DNA from: Candidatus Bathyarchaeia archaeon
GTDB taxonomy: Archaea > Thermoproteota > Bathyarchaeia > TCS64
Assembly (NCBI GenBank): GCA_050014495.1
Contig: JBEKDF010000005.1
Coordinates: 32,001-96,000, forward strand
Direction of reading: 5' to 3'
Length of the DNA: 64,000 bases
In this document: positions 1 through 10,869 of the stretch, piece by piece
Layout of the letters: each line of letters starts with the position of its first letter
Numbering within the stretch: position 1 is the first letter of the stretch
Made by a program: the position numbers and the translations under genes
The notes under the pieces: model-generated
Told to the model about the DNA's origin: nothing
Seen by the model: only the letters and a program-made list of their open reading frames with translations
Database searches by the model: none

Positions 1-522
1 ATCTTCCTCGGCCTAGCGAGTGTCACCCCGAACGGCGAGGTTGGGGCCATATATCAATATGTGGCACATGGCTTTGGTAAGGCGATTCTCTTCCTCGTCG
101 CAGGGATACTCCTCAGTCAGACGGGCACGAGAAGCATAAAGAAGATGGGCGGACTCGCCGATAGGATGCCTTGGACAGCCACAATGGCACTCATAGGCTT
201 CCTGACAATCGGAGGTGTCCCTCCAACAATGGGCTTCATGAGCAAGTTCTTCATCTTCTCGGGAGTCTTCGGAAACCAGCTCGCCCCTGCAGGTCAAGTG
301 TGGGCAGCGGTGATAGGGATAATCATGACGGTCTTAACCATCGCATATGGTCTGTGGACTATGCGCAGGGTCTTCTATGGACCACTACCCGAGCACCTCA
401 AGCAGGTTAAGGAGGCACCATTGACAATGCTGCTACCAGTAGTAATCTTCGCGGTGCTAGTAATCGTCCTCGGCATCTGGCCAACACTGATAACCAATTA
501 CCTATCCCCATTCTTCGCGTAG
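1..522 (+). CDS. Proton-translocating antiporter-like subunit (NuoM/MrpD/Mbh family), 5'-truncated by the window edge
   Basis: Frame open from base 1 (IFLGLASVTPNGEVGAIYQYVAHGFGKAILF); family motifs HGxxKAxLF, GGL..RMP, GVPPTMGFxSKF, EAP; hydrophobic. Confidence 0.85.
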   Translation: MFLGLASVTPNGEVGAIYQYVAHGFGKAILFLVAGILLSQTGTRSIKKMGGLADRMPWTATMALIGFLTIGGVPPTMGFMSKFFIFSGVFGNQLAPAGQVWAAVIGIIMTVLTIAYGLWTMRRVFYGPLPEHLKQVKEAPLTMLLPVVIFAVLVIVLGIWPTLITNYLSPFFA

Positions 523-678
523 GGCGTATAGGTACCCCAATTTCTCATACTTCGACTCTTAAAGGCTATTATGTCAATCAAAATATGCGCGCGCCCCCTA
601 TAACACCCCCTAAAACACTCAATAAAGCCCGGACATTACATAAGTTTTTTTAATGTAAGCAGGGTCTGCAATTAGGAA

Positions 679-996
679 ATGAGCGTCGCTGTCGTCGGGC
701 CCTCATCCTTCATCACCTGCTTCCAGCTGATTGGTGCGGAGGGTTACAACTGCGTCACTGGCGAAGAAGTCGCCTCGACGCTGAGCCGCCTCGTGGACGA
801 GAAAAAGTATAAACTGATAATCTTCCCCGAGAGGTTCGCTGCGGAGACCCTACCCGTTAGGGAGCAGGTCCTAAAGAGAGGCGCCATTTCGCCCGTCTTC
901 GCACTGGTGCCAGACTTTACAATGGAGACAGGCGACAGGATGCAGGAGCTACAGGCAGTAATCTCGCTTGCTATTGGAACAAAGCTGGAGTTGTGA
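679..996 (+). CDS. atpF: A/V-type ATP synthase subunit F
   Basis: 105 aa, AVVG...FQLIG N-terminus, AIG C-terminus, first gene of the ATPase cluster. Confidence 0.85.
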   Translation: MSVAVVGPSSFITCFQLIGAEGYNCVTGEEVASTLSRLVDEKKYKLIIFPERFAAETLPVREQVLKRGAISPVFALVPDFTMETGDRMQELQAVISLAIGTKLEL

Positions 997-1328
997 TGAT
1001 GGAAATCAAGAAAGTCTTATCGGTCGGCAAGAGGCTCCAAACCATCCTCGAGGAGGCGGAGAGGGAGTCCCAGCAAAAACTCGGGGACGCTAAGCGTCGC
1101 TCCGACGAAATAGTCAACAAGGCGAGGGCCGATGCTGAGGAGAAAAAGTCCAAGGCCCAACGTGGCGCTGGAATAGACGACCTGATCAATGCTGAAGAGA
1201 ACAGAGCTAAAGTAGAGGCCGAAAAGATCAAGACCCAATACCAACAAAAAATCGAAGCGATCAAGACGATCCCTAAGAAGAAGAGGGACCACTCCGTCGA
1301 TATTGTTGTGAAGGAGGTTCTCCCATGA
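996..1328 (+). CDS. atpH: A/V-type ATP synthase subunit H/G (peripheral stalk)
   Basis: Short, highly charged coiled-coil protein overlapping atpF and atpE. Confidence 0.65.
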   Translation: MMEIKKVLSVGKRLQTILEEAERESQQKLGDAKRRSDEIVNKARADAEEKKSKAQRGAGIDDLINAEENRAKVEAEKIKTQYQQKIEAIKTIPKKKRDHSVDIVVKEVLP

Positions 1329-1966
1329 CTCAACAGAGTAGTCTCGACCTTGAGACTAGACTCATCGAGCGTACCATGGCACAGCGGGATGAGATGATAG
1401 CAAAAGCAGACAATGACGCTAAGATGATGTTAGATAATGCAGAGAAGGAAGCGCAGCGTATAAAATCCGAGACTGATCGCCAGATTCTAAACATCGTCGC
1501 TAGCGTCCTCCGTGGCGTACGCGATAGAATAATCGGTGGAGTAGAACTTGAAAGCAGGAAGCAGCTGATGATCACACGTGAGGAGACCCTTCAGGAGATC
1601 TATGGTGAAGCCGAGAAAAAGCTCCAGGAGTTCTCCGCGGATAAGAAGGAGTACCACGATGTACTAATCAAATTCATTGTCGAGGCTGTGAAGGCCATCA
1701 GTGGTGAGGAGTTCATCGTATCTGCCAACGACACTGACCTTTCAGATCTCAAAAAGTCACATAAGAAGCTCGAAACTGACATTCAGAAGGCTGTCGGTTA
1801 TAAGGTGATCATCGCATTCGATGACACCCCTATCGCGACGATAGGGGGTGCTGTCGTCAAGAACGTCGACGGCACTAAGGTGTACTACAATACCTTCGAG
1901 GGCAGGATAAAGAAGGCTCGCGCTAAGCTCAATGTTACCCTTGCGAAGCTAATGGAGGCCGAATAA
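1325..1966 (+). CDS. atpE: A/V-type ATP synthase subunit E
   Basis: N-terminal coiled coil; C-terminal IGGAVV...YNTFEGR motif. Confidence 0.9.
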   Translation: MTQQSSLDLETRLIERTMAQRDEMIAKADNDAKMMLDNAEKEAQRIKSETDRQILNIVASVLRGVRDRIIGGVELESRKQLMITREETLQEIYGEAEKKLQEFSADKKEYHDVLIKFIVEAVKAISGEEFIVSANDTDLSDLKKSHKKLETDIQKAVGYKVIIAFDDTPIATIGGAVVKNVDGTKVYYNTFEGRIKKARAKLNVTLAKLMEAE

Positions 1967-1968
1967 AA

Positions 1969-3729
1969 ATGGGACTCATAGGCACAATTGAACGCATCAA
2001 TGGATCACTCATCAGGGCTAACTTTACTGAGGCGCCAAAGATCGGTGACCTCGTCGAGGTAGGCAACCTCAAGCTAATGGGTGAGATCGTTCGTCTCAAT
2101 GCCCAGACCGCATTCATCCAGTGCTACGAAATCACCGATGGCATCCGTCCCGGTGAACCTGTGAACGACACCGGTGAACCTCTAATGGCCGAGCTGGGCC
2201 CCGGTCTCATGGGCGCTATCATGGACGGCGTCGAGCGCAACGAGACGGAGCTCTGGAACAGAACCGGTCCCTTTGTCAGCAGGGGAACCAGTGTCGCACC
2301 ACTCGACAGGAAGAAGAAATGGGAGTTCGTACCAACCATCAAGAAAGGCGATAAGGTCGGCCCCGGCGATTTCATAGGGACCGTCCAAGAGACTAAGAGT
2401 TTCGTCCACAAGATCATGGTCCCACCAGAGATGAGCGGCACCATCAAGAGCATTAACAATGGCGAGTTCACAGTCGATGATACTATAGCCGAGCTGGAGA
2501 CTCCCAGCGGGATAAAGGAGCTCAAGCTCATGCAGAAGTGGCCTGTACGTAGACCGAGACCAGTCAAGCAGAGACTACCACTCAGCGTGCCACTCATCAC
2601 GGGTCAACGCGTAATCGACACCTTCTTTCCATGCGCCAAAGGCGGCGCAGCCGCCATCCCAGGCGGATTCGGAACAGGAAAGACCGTCACCCTCCAGCAG
2701 ATTAGCAAATGGAGCGACGCCGACATCATCATAATCATCGGTTGCGGAGAACGCGGCAACGAGATGGCAGATGTAGTCGCCCACTTCCCGGTTATAGTAG
2801 ACCCCAGAAGCGGCCGCAACTTAATCGAGAGAACCGTTATCATCGCCAACGTAAGTAATATGCCAGTCTCCGCCCGTGAAGCATCCATCTATATGGGCGT
2901 TACCCTTGGCGAGTACTTCCGCGACATGGGCTACGATGTAGCCGTTATGGCAGATTCTACATCGAGGTGGGCAGAGGCACTTCGAGATATCTCGGGCCGC
3001 CTAGAGGAGATCCCCGCAGAGGCAGGATTCCCCGCCTACCTTCCAGACAGGATCGCGGAACTCTACGAACGCGCAGCACGCGCTATTGTCCTTGGCACCC
3101 AGGATCGCATAGGCAGTGTAACGATGCTCGGAGCAGTCTCACCCCCCGGCGGAGACTTTAGCGAGCCAGTCACAACCTACACTCTCCGCTTCATAGGAAC
3201 ATTCTGGGCCTTAGATAGCACGTTGGCCCAGCGCCGCCACTTCCCAGCTATTAACTGGCTGAGAAGCTTCACACGATACCTCGACATATCCGCGGAATGG
3301 TGGAGTCAGTATGACAAGGACTGGCTAAGCAACCGCGCCAAGGCAATGAGCATATTAGAGGAGGCGGCCGAAATCGAGGAGACCGCTAGGATCATCGGTG
3401 AGAAGTCACTCCCAGACGACCAGCGTCTGGTGCTACTAGTTGCGGAGCTTCTTCGCGAGGGTTTCCTGGTCCAGGCCGCATATCACGAGGTAGACACCTA
3501 CTGTGACGCCGAGAAGCAGACGAAGCTCCTTCGCATAATCGTCGAGTTCAACAACATGGTTGAGGGACTTGTAAAGCAGAGCGTCCCGATTGAGAAGGTG
3601 CGCGAGCTTCCCATAGTCACGGAGATGATGAGACTAAAGGAACGCCAGGGCAGCCAACCCATCGACGATGCGAAGCAAGAGATGGTAAAGCAGGTCGGCG
3701 AACTCGCTAAGACCTACGGGGTGAGCTAA
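1969..3729 (+). CDS. atpA: A/V-type ATP synthase catalytic subunit A
   Basis: Walker [36 protein letters not shown]; 586 aa, no intein. Confidence 0.97.
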   Translation: MGLIGTIERINGSLIRANFTEAPKIGDLVEVGNLKLMGEIVRLNAQTAFIQCYEITDGIRPGEPVNDTGEPLMAELGPGLMGAIMDGVERNETELWNRTGPFVSRGTSVAPLDRKKKWEFVPTIKKGDKVGPGDFIGTVQETKSFVHKIMVPPEMSGTIKSINNGEFTVDDTIAELETPSGIKELKLMQKWPVRRPRPVKQRLPLSVPLITGQRVIDTFFPCAKGGAAAIPGGFGTGKTVTLQQISKWSDADIIIIIGCGERGNEMADVVAHFPVIVDPRSGRNLIERTVIIANVSNMPVSAREASIYMGVTLGEYFRDMGYDVAVMADSTSRWAEALRDISGRLEEIPAEAGFPAYLPDRIAELYERAARAIVLGTQDRIGSVTMLGAVSPPGGDFSEPVTTYTLRFIGTFWALDSTLAQRRHFPAINWLRSFTRYLDISAEWWSQYDKDWLSNRAKAMSILEEAAEIEETARIIGEKSLPDDQRLVLLVAELLREGFLVQAAYHEVDTYCDAEKQTKLLRIIVEFNNMVEGLVKQSVPIEKVRELPIVTEMMRLKERQGSQPIDDAKQEMVKQVGELAKTYGVS

Positions 3730-3730
3730 G

Positions 3731-5128
3731 ATGTCAGAGCAAGCAGGACTAGTCTATAAGACCGTAAAGGAGATCCACGGACCTATTCTCTTCGTCGAGA
3801 ACGTCAAGGGCATAAGCTATAACGAGATCGTCCGCATCCGCACAGAGTCGGGTTACGAGGTCTCAGGCAGCGTACTTGAGGTCTCCAAAGACTGGGCGAT
3901 GGTCCAGTGCTTCGGAAACACATCGGGAATGGACCTCAATGTCAGCATCAGATTTACTGGCGAGACACAGAAGATCCCAGTCACAAACGACCTAATCGGC
4001 AGGGTCTTCAGCGGCAGCTTCGTGCCACGCGATGGAATGCCGACGCCTCTAAGTGAAGACATCCGAGACGTGAATGGAGGAACCATCAACCCCGCCGCAC
4101 GCGATGTCCCCAGCGACTTCATTCAAACTGGGATGAGCGCCATCGATGGCATGAACAGCCTCGTAAGGGGGCAAAAGTTACCAATATTCAGTGAGTCGGG
4201 CCTGCATCATAACATGCTCGCAGCCCAGATCGCTAGGCAGGCGACGATCCCTGGTAAGGAGAGCGATTTCGCTATCGTTTTCGGTGCAATGGGCATCAAG
4301 AACGAGGAGGCTGACTTCTTCCGTAAGGAGTTTGAGGAGACAGGTGCCCTAAACAAAAGCGTTCTCGTCCTAAACCTGGCTGACGATCCACCAATAGAGC
4401 GCATGGTCACCCCCCGCATCGCTCAGACAATCGCAGAGTATCTCGCCTTCGACATGGGTATGCACGTCCTCACCATCCTAACCGACATGACGAACTACGC
4501 CGAAGCCCTACGTAGCATCAGCATCGCTAGAGAGGAGATCCCGACGAGAAAGGGCTATCCTGGCTATCTATACAGTGACCTCGCCACAATCTACGAGCGC
4601 GCTGGTATCATTACGGGAAAGAAAGGGTCGGTTACCTTGATGCCCATCCTATCCATGCCTGCAGGTGATATCACCCACCCTGTCCCAGACCTCACTGGTT
4701 ACATCACCGAAGGGCAGCTGATCCTTCAGCGTGAACTCGCACTCAAGGGACTCTACCCAGCCATGAACGTCCTACCAAGTCTAAGTAGACTCATGAAGGA
4801 CGGTATTGGCGCAAAGACCACACGTAAAGACCACCAAGACGTCTCTAACCAGTTATACATGGCTTACGCTGAGGGAACCCGAGCGCGTGGCCTAGTTCGT
4901 ATTGTTGGAACCGTGGGACTAAGCGAGCGCGAGCGTAAATGGCTCGAGTTCGCTGACGCATTCGAGACAAAATTCGTAAACCAGGGCCGATACGAGAACA
5001 GAACCATCGAGCAGACCCTCGATCTAGCATGGGACCTACTGGCAATGCTACCAGAGGAGAACCTAATCAGGGTACGCGAGGCGTACATAAAGGAGTACCA
5101 CCCGAAGTATCGTAAGAGAGAGAACTAG
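3731..5128 (+). CDS. atpB: A/V-type ATP synthase subunit B
   Basis: [52 protein letters not shown]. Confidence 0.97.
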   Translation: MSEQAGLVYKTVKEIHGPILFVENVKGISYNEIVRIRTESGYEVSGSVLEVSKDWAMVQCFGNTSGMDLNVSIRFTGETQKIPVTNDLIGRVFSGSFVPRDGMPTPLSEDIRDVNGGTINPAARDVPSDFIQTGMSAIDGMNSLVRGQKLPIFSESGLHHNMLAAQIARQATIPGKESDFAIVFGAMGIKNEEADFFRKEFEETGALNKSVLVLNLADDPPIERMVTPRIAQTIAEYLAFDMGMHVLTILTDMTNYAEALRSISIAREEIPTRKGYPGYLYSDLATIYERAGIITGKKGSVTLMPILSMPAGDITHPVPDLTGYITEGQLILQRELALKGLYPAMNVLPSLSRLMKDGIGAKTTRKDHQDVSNQLYMAYAEGTRARGLVRIVGTVGLSERERKWLEFADAFETKFVNQGRYENRTIEQTLDLAWDLLAMLPEENLIRVREAYIKEYHPKYRKREN

Positions 5129-5130
5129 CT

Positions 5131-5748
5131 TTGTCCTCTACAAGCGGAGTCCGGCCCACAAAGGGCTACCTCATGGAGATGCAGAGAAGCATTGTCTTCA
5201 TAGAGCGTGGCACGGAGTTCCTTAAACTCAAGAGGGACCACCTCGCTAAGGAGCTCAGCGAATCTATTGAGGTACTCAGGGGGAGGAGGAGGCTACTACT
5301 TGAGAGTCTCGGAGAGGCCTATAAGGCCGTACAGGCAGCCTATCTAAGCCTCGGCCCAACGGAGGTGGAGAGCCAGGCCAACAGCATACGCAGCACTTTG
5401 GACATCGACCTTCTGCCGAAGAGCGTCATGGGAGTTCAGTATCCCTACATCAAGATACTGAACAAGCCAAAGATCGAGGGTGAGTTGGACATAACCCTCA
5501 GCTATGCCTCAGACAAAGTCTACTCTATCCTCGAGGAGATCATCAGGCTTGCTGAGTTCGAGAGCAGAGTCGAGCGCATCGCCGATGAACTTGGAAGGAC
5601 GAACCGGAAGGTGAACGCCCTCGAGAACACAGTCATACCTGACATGAAGGCGGTCATAAAGTACATCCAAGACAAGCTAGACGAGGAGCAGATGGAGGAC
5701 CTCGTGCGTATAAAACTAATTGGGGGTGCGTTGGCATCGGAAAAGTAA
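5131..5748 (+). CDS. atpD: A/V-type ATP synthase subunit D
   Basis: PTK, LKLKRD, TNRKVNALENTVIP motifs; TTG start. Confidence 0.95.
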   Translation: MSSTSGVRPTKGYLMEMQRSIVFIERGTEFLKLKRDHLAKELSESIEVLRGRRRLLLESLGEAYKAVQAAYLSLGPTEVESQANSIRSTLDIDLLPKSVMGVQYPYIKILNKPKIEGELDITLSYASDKVYSILEEIIRLAEFESRVERIADELGRTNRKVNALENTVIPDMKAVIKYIQDKLDEEQMEDLVRIKLIGGALASEK

Positions 5749-6788
5749 AGACTGGTTCCCTCACATACGCAGTTGTTAGAAGCCACGCTCTTATTGCCGA
5801 CCTTCTCAACTCAAACCAGATGAGAACCATTGCATCCACCGACAGTGTCGAGGATTTCATTTCCCAGATCGCCCAGACTCCATATGGACAGGTTACCCTT
5901 GAGCCTGATGTGAATCCTAGTATAAGCCTAGAGCGCGTCTTCTACCGTAAATTCATCGAGCGAATAGTAAAGATAGTTGACATCGTTCCCAGCGATATAG
6001 GCGACCTACTGCAGACATACTACTACATGAGGTTCGAGACCCTCAACCTTGATAGGATAATCAGAGGCAAGTTCAGCGATGCGACCCCTGCAGAGATACA
6101 GGCGAACCTAGTCCCAATGATGCCATATAGGGCACCCAGCTACCAGGCCCTATCAGAAGCAGCTGACATCGATGCGCTCTTAGAACTTCTCAAAGGCACG
6201 GCTTACAACCCAATCGCAGAGAAGCTTTCAGTCTATAAGCAGTACGACGCCATCTGGCCCCTCCAGCTAGAGCTGCAGCACATCTATAGCCTGACCATCC
6301 TCAGGAGAGTTGAGAAACTACCTCGCAGCCAGAGGAGGATGGTCAGCAAGATCGTGGAGCTCGAGGCGGATATTGAGAACTTTTTGATCGCGGTGAAACA
6401 GAGTCGAGCCCCAAAGGAGGGGGAGGGCTTCAAACCCGAGGAGATGTTCGACGCCACCTACGGGATTTCGAAAGATATCCTTCACATGGTCGTCGAAGGA
6501 GCAGACCTCCGTGACTCAGTAGAGAGCCTTGGCGAACCCTTCAGCTCGATCCTGGCACCCATGTATGAGGGGGACGTCGCTCTGATACGTACCAACTTGA
6601 GGAGCCAGATTCATAGGACCGTCAATGAGGCAAGAGCGGGAAACGATTTCGGCTTCAACACGATAATGGCCTATCTTGTATTCAGCGAGCTTGAGAAGGA
6701 CGATCTCGTCGGAATCGCGTGGGCGAAGGAGCAGGGTCTACAGGGTGAGGAATTTATCAAATATCTCGTCGTACCTAACGTCTCATAG
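5736..6788 (+). CDS. atpC: A/V-type ATP synthase subunit C (start uncertain; first ATG at 5820)
   Basis: Operon position and size; motifs TPYG, E..NL..IIRGK, D.ENF; frame is open upstream of the ATG through YAVVRSHALIADLL, which resembles the subunit C N-terminus. Confidence 0.85.
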   Translation: MGKVKTGSLTYAVVRSHALIADLLNSNQMRTIASTDSVEDFISQIAQTPYGQVTLEPDVNPSISLERVFYRKFIERIVKIVDIVPSDIGDLLQTYYYMRFETLNLDRIIRGKFSDATPAEIQANLVPMMPYRAPSYQALSEAADIDALLELLKGTAYNPIAEKLSVYKQYDAIWPLQLELQHIYSLTILRRVEKLPRSQRRMVSKIVELEADIENFLIAVKQSRAPKEGEGFKPEEMFDATYGISKDILHMVVEGADLRDSVESLGEPFSSILAPMYEGDVALIRTNLRSQIHRTVNEARAGNDFGFNTIMAYLVFSELEKDDLVGIAWAKEQGLQGEEFIKYLVVPNVS

Positions 6789-6851
6789 CCATCCTCAAAT
6801 TTTTCCCAAACTATAAATCCGTTGAACTTAATTTGAATGTAGGACTAATCA

Positions 6852-7433
6852 ATGTCAAAAGCAGAGACTGTCTAATTCAGTGAACCAGGTAGGGCTAACA
6901 GCAGGGAGGCGCTCCTACTGGCTAAACGACGGGCAGACCAGCTGGGGATCAGCGACATCATCGTGGCCTCATATTCGGGCGATACAGGGACATTAGCCTC
7001 CGAGATATTCAGGGGCTACAACCTCGTTGTGGTTGCCGGGATGGTCGGATTCATCGAGCCTAATCAGGACAGGATGAAACCCGAGTGCAAGAAGACCATC
7101 GAAGACAACGGGGGGAAAATACTGAGGGCGTGCCACAGCTTTGGCGCTCTCGGGAGGGCGGTTAACAATAAGTTCAACGCCATACAGGTGGACGAGATTA
7201 TCGCCCATGTCCTCCGATTATTCGGCGCTGGTGTAAAAGTGGCATGCGAATGTGCGTGTATGGCAGACGATGCTGGCTTAATAAGGACCGACAGGGAGGT
7301 AATTTCCCTCGGGGGGAACGGGGGTGGAGTAGACACTGCGGTCGTGCTGCTTCCAAGTAATACGCACAGGTTTTTTGACATGCGGATCAGGGAGATAGTT
7401 TGCAAACCCAGGAATTGGGAGAGACCACAGTGA
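6852..7433 (+). pseudogene. Pyruvate kinase C-terminal (alpha/beta) domain-like conserved archaeal protein with an in-frame TAA at codon 8
   Basis: ATG 6852 reads MSKAETV*FSEPGRANS...IIVASYSGDTG...LRLFGAGVKVACEC..MA.DAGLI...REIVCKP; TAA at 6873-6875 lies where Tyr is expected. Confidence 0.7.
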
Positions 7434-7731
7434 TCACGCAACTTCTAACCTGGTACTCATCGACTTACCTATTTCTTTGTCATTTACAAAACTAGTCGGT
7501 GTAGCTGGTTCTCTAGTTCCTAGCGAGAGACTCATGTGTTCCTTTCTCGACTTTGAGTTTCTCTATCTTCCGCAGATAGTCTCCTTAGTCTCCTTTTCGT
7601 ACAAAATCTCTGAGATAATCTGTTCAAATCTCGGGATATATTGGTGTTAATCGCTTTGCAATAATTTTTACAGGTTGGGACTGGGCGAGAGTTTATCCCA
7701 CTCGAGAAGGCAAATGCCTTAAGGGACTAAT

Positions 7732-8967
7732 TTGAGTGACGAATGGTTTTACGGCAGCAAAACTAGGAGAACCACAAGCAGCTGGGTAGCGATCCTAGTT
7801 GCAATCCTCATTATTGTAAACGTCGGAGTGGTTGCCTACAGCACCATAAACAGTAATGAGCAGATGAATAGGCTCAGCAGCCGTGTAGACACTCTAACAT
7901 TCACAGTTCAGTCTCTCAACTCTGAGCTCATTAACGCTAACGCCGAGATATCATCAATGAAGAACACCCTCACCAATGAGGATGAAAACGTTACAACCTC
8001 GCCTAGCTCTAGCCTAGACCTCATTGGATTGTACAACCGAACGAGAGACAGCGTGGTCTTGATTGATGTAACACTCCCAGCTGGCGCCGCGCAAGGGAGT
8101 GGTTTCATTTACGATACGACTGGAAAGATAATTACGAATAACCACGTTGTCGAGGGCGCGAGCAGAATCATGGTGACCTTCATCAATGGCACGATCGTCA
8201 ACGCGACCCTCGTTGGTCGGGACCCCTACTCGGACCTGGCCGTGATAAGCGTAGATGCGCCAGCATCGCTTCTCAAACCGCTGAAGTTGGGCAGTTCAAC
8301 CTCCCTTAAGGTTGGAGAGGATGTTATTGCCATTGGAAACCCGTATGGGCTGGCCGACACTCTGACTTCCGGGATCATCAGCGCCGTAGGAAGAGAGATG
8401 GATTCCTCCGGGAATTATCCCATCGTTGACGTGATACAGACGGACGCAGCAATCAACCCTGGTAACAGTGGTGGACCCCTACTTAACATGAATGGGGAGG
8501 TAGTAGGAATCAACACAGCGATCCCTACGGAGACTTCCCGTGGCATCGGATTCGCTGTCCCAAGTGACACGATCGTACGCGAGCTACCAAGTCTCATCTC
8601 CAAGAGGACCTACGAGCATCCTTACTTAGGCATTCAAGGGCAGGACGTTACACCCGGAATAGCTAGGGCGATGAACCTGCCCACAGGGACCTATGGGACG
8701 CTGATTGTGGATGTTACCAAGTTGAGTCCATCTGACAAAGTCGGACTTAAGGGTGGAACCAAGACTCAAATTATAGACGGTGCCTCGGTTAAGATTGGCG
8801 GTGATGTAATCGTCTCGGTTGATGGCATTAAATTGAAAAATTTTTACGACCTCATAGTCTACCTTCAGCGTAACAAGAAGCCAGGGATGATTGTGAGTCT
8901 CGGTATAATCCGAGACGGAGCTGCGATAAATGTTGTAGTCGAACTCGGAGTCCGTCCTCCGCCCTAG
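7732..8967 (+). CDS. htrA: Membrane-anchored HtrA/DegP-family serine protease with PDZ domain
   Basis: N-terminal TM, TNNHVV, DLAV, TDAAINPGNSGGPL, C-terminal PDZ. Confidence 0.93.
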   Translation: MSDEWFYGSKTRRTTSSWVAILVAILIIVNVGVVAYSTINSNEQMNRLSSRVDTLTFTVQSLNSELINANAEISSMKNTLTNEDENVTTSPSSSLDLIGLYNRTRDSVVLIDVTLPAGAAQGSGFIYDTTGKIITNNHVVEGASRIMVTFINGTIVNATLVGRDPYSDLAVISVDAPASLLKPLKLGSSTSLKVGEDVIAIGNPYGLADTLTSGIISAVGREMDSSGNYPIVDVIQTDAAINPGNSGGPLLNMNGEVVGINTAIPTETSRGIGFAVPSDTIVRELPSLISKRTYEHPYLGIQGQDVTPGIARAMNLPTGTYGTLIVDVTKLSPSDKVGLKGGTKTQIIDGASVKIGGDVIVSVDGIKLKNFYDLIVYLQRNKKPGMIVSLGIIRDGAAINVVVELGVRPPP

Positions 8968-9410
8968 AATCTTGGATTCTTAAGCAGATCCACTATTGTT
9001 TCATGGTCATATCCGAGGAGTAGACCGAGGCCTACTGCTATTTCCTCCTCAACTTCGGCTAATTTACCCTCTCTGCTCTTCCTCGCCTTGAGCTCCTTCA
9101 AGGCCTTATAGCGGTCAAGAGTCGAAGTATCCTTGGCTAGGTGGACGACGACCTTCCCATCGGTGAAAGCGGGGTTGAACAGCTTGGTGATTAGGAAGTC
9201 CTCATCTACAAGAATGTGCAAGCCATATTTGTCTGCTACGAGCCTGATCGGAGCTTTAAGCCTATCATATTCCTCTCTAGTCAGCGGAGGGCTCAGGGCG
9301 AGGGGCTTCACACCTGATCCCACTATTTCAGCGAAGGCGTAGATCATTCCTAGGTGGTATGAGTCGAGGTTGAATCCCTCTACGTGCCTGCTAAGCCAAT
9401 GATCCTCCAA
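8964..9410 (-). CDS. Hypothetical protein
   Basis: 148-aa ORF with protein-like composition, convergent with htrA. Confidence 0.6.
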   Translation of the reverse strand: MEDHWLSRHVEGFNLDSYHLGMIYAFAEIVGSGVKPLALSPPLTREEYDRLKAPIRLVADKYGLHILVDEDFLITKLFNPAFTDGKVVVHLAKDTSTLDRYKALKELKARKSREGKLAEVEEEIAVGLGLLLGYDHETIVDLLKNPRF

Positions 9411-9728
9411 AGTAATCTACTCTATCTATGTTCCACACCTTTAAGCAGTTTCAGTGAGTTTTAAAATAACAGACCGGTATTATTTAAAGGTCTTTTTTAA
9501 CTTGAGGGCTAGTTCTCGATAGTACCTAAGAGTGTATCCGTATTAGTTCCACTTAGGTTTTCATAAGGTTCCCCTTTTGTCTAGTGTACTCCATTGATAC
9601 TTTACTTTAGGAATTAAGTGATTTGTGACAGCTATCCTTTCGTCCCTTTATCTGTCATAAATTCGAAGAGTCAATCTTTTTTTACCATATATTGACATTT
9701 TATGAATAGCTGAGATGGGTATCCAGGA

Positions 9729-10559
9729 TTAACGCGTTCTACTCAATATAGATCCGATTGGGATTCGAGTTTTCCTTCTTGCCTTAAAGGTTGTTATATT
9801 GGGGAAATCCGCTGCATTGAGCTGCTTAGCAGCCTCATAGAGATGGTCTCCGAGGGTGCCTATGGTGTGGCTGTCACTGCCAATGGTGACCGTGTCTACA
9901 CCCACTTCATGCGCAGCTAGTAGGAACTCCTGGAGGGGGTAGAAATGGCCTGTTCCGGCTCGGAGTCCTGCAGTGTTAACCTCGATTCCAACCCCCTCAT
10001 GCGCTGCTGACTCTAGAGCTTCCACGACAACAGAGCCGTAGTCTCCCCAGGTCGCATTCTTGCCGTAGAAGTGGAGATATTTTCGCCAGTAATCAGGGTG
10101 CGCCATAACGTCGAAGAGGCCGCTCTCGATCGCTTTCTTCCAAGTCGTATAATACTCATCCGCTGCCCTCCTTATACTACGACCTGCGAAGAACCCCTCC
10201 GCTTGGGTTCTCGAGCCTATGTCGACACCGTTTATGTAGTGGGTACTACCGAGGATGAAGTCGAAGTCGTAGCCTTTGAGAATTGAATCGAGTCGACGCT
10301 CTTGGCCGGGAAAATAGTCAACCTCGAGGCCTACTAGGAGTCTTACTCTCGTTTCCTCCTGCGCCGACCTTATCTCCTCGATGTACTCGGGTATCTCCTC
10401 TTCCTTGATGCTGATGTCAATATCAGGGCCAATGGTAATGAGATGGGTTGTGAAGGCGATCTCGGTGATTCCCTGAGCTTCCGCGGCTGCAATATACTCC
10501 GGTACAAGTGCTGTTGAGGCGTCCCTTGAGTGCCTCTCATGGACGTGATAATCTATCAT
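9729..10559 (-). CDS. PHP-family phosphatase (histidinol-phosphatase HisJ/HisK-like)
   Basis: DYHVH, GLEVDY, GSTH, AHPD, EVNT, GSDSH motifs. Confidence 0.88.
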   Translation of the reverse strand: MIDYHVHERHSRDASTALVPEYIAAAEAQGITEIAFTTHLITIGPDIDISIKEEEIPEYIEEIRSAQEETRVRLLVGLEVDYFPGQERRLDSILKGYDFDFILGSTHYINGVDIGSRTQAEGFFAGRSIRRAADEYYTTWKKAIESGLFDVMAHPDYWRKYLHFYGKNATWGDYGSVVVEALESAAHEGVGIEVNTAGLRAGTGHFYPLQEFLLAAHEVGVDTVTIGSDSHTIGTLGDHLYEAAKQLNAADFPNITTFKARRKTRIPIGSILSRTR

Positions 10560-10807
10560 CCTACGGCTCCTATCCCTGATATACTGAGGAGTGTTATTAG
10601 AAGAGTATACCCCGTAGGCTTTCTCATCGGGTATCTGAGGATCATTCTAAACATCTTAGAAGGTGTTCTATGGGGTAACTCATGTAAATCTCTGGGTGGC
10701 GTCTTCTATAGTGGTAATAGTTCTCCTTGATCAAGTTTGGAGAAGTTTCTGGCTCCGTGCGAAGCTAGCACGCGGAATGTTTATGTGTTCAGGATATTTT
10801 CCTTTCC

Positions 10808-10869
10808 TCTTGGCGGGTGAGTGGGGCCTCCCACCCGATTCCGCCAGATAAACCCCGGTGAAGGGAGGC
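10808..10869 (+). promoter_or_regulatory. Candidate cis-regulatory structured 5' leader of queT
   Basis: TATA-like TTTATG ~10780; stem TGGCGG/CCGCCA; inner hairpin GTGGG/CCCAC; GCCTCCC is complementary to GGGAGGC just before the ATG. Confidence 0.45.

Noticed and set aside
9411..9728. Possible gene or ncRNA in the AT-rich gap (also 7434-7731 and 10560-10780)
   Set aside because: Only short stop-interrupted frames and no convincing structure; likely decayed sequence that cannot be identified.
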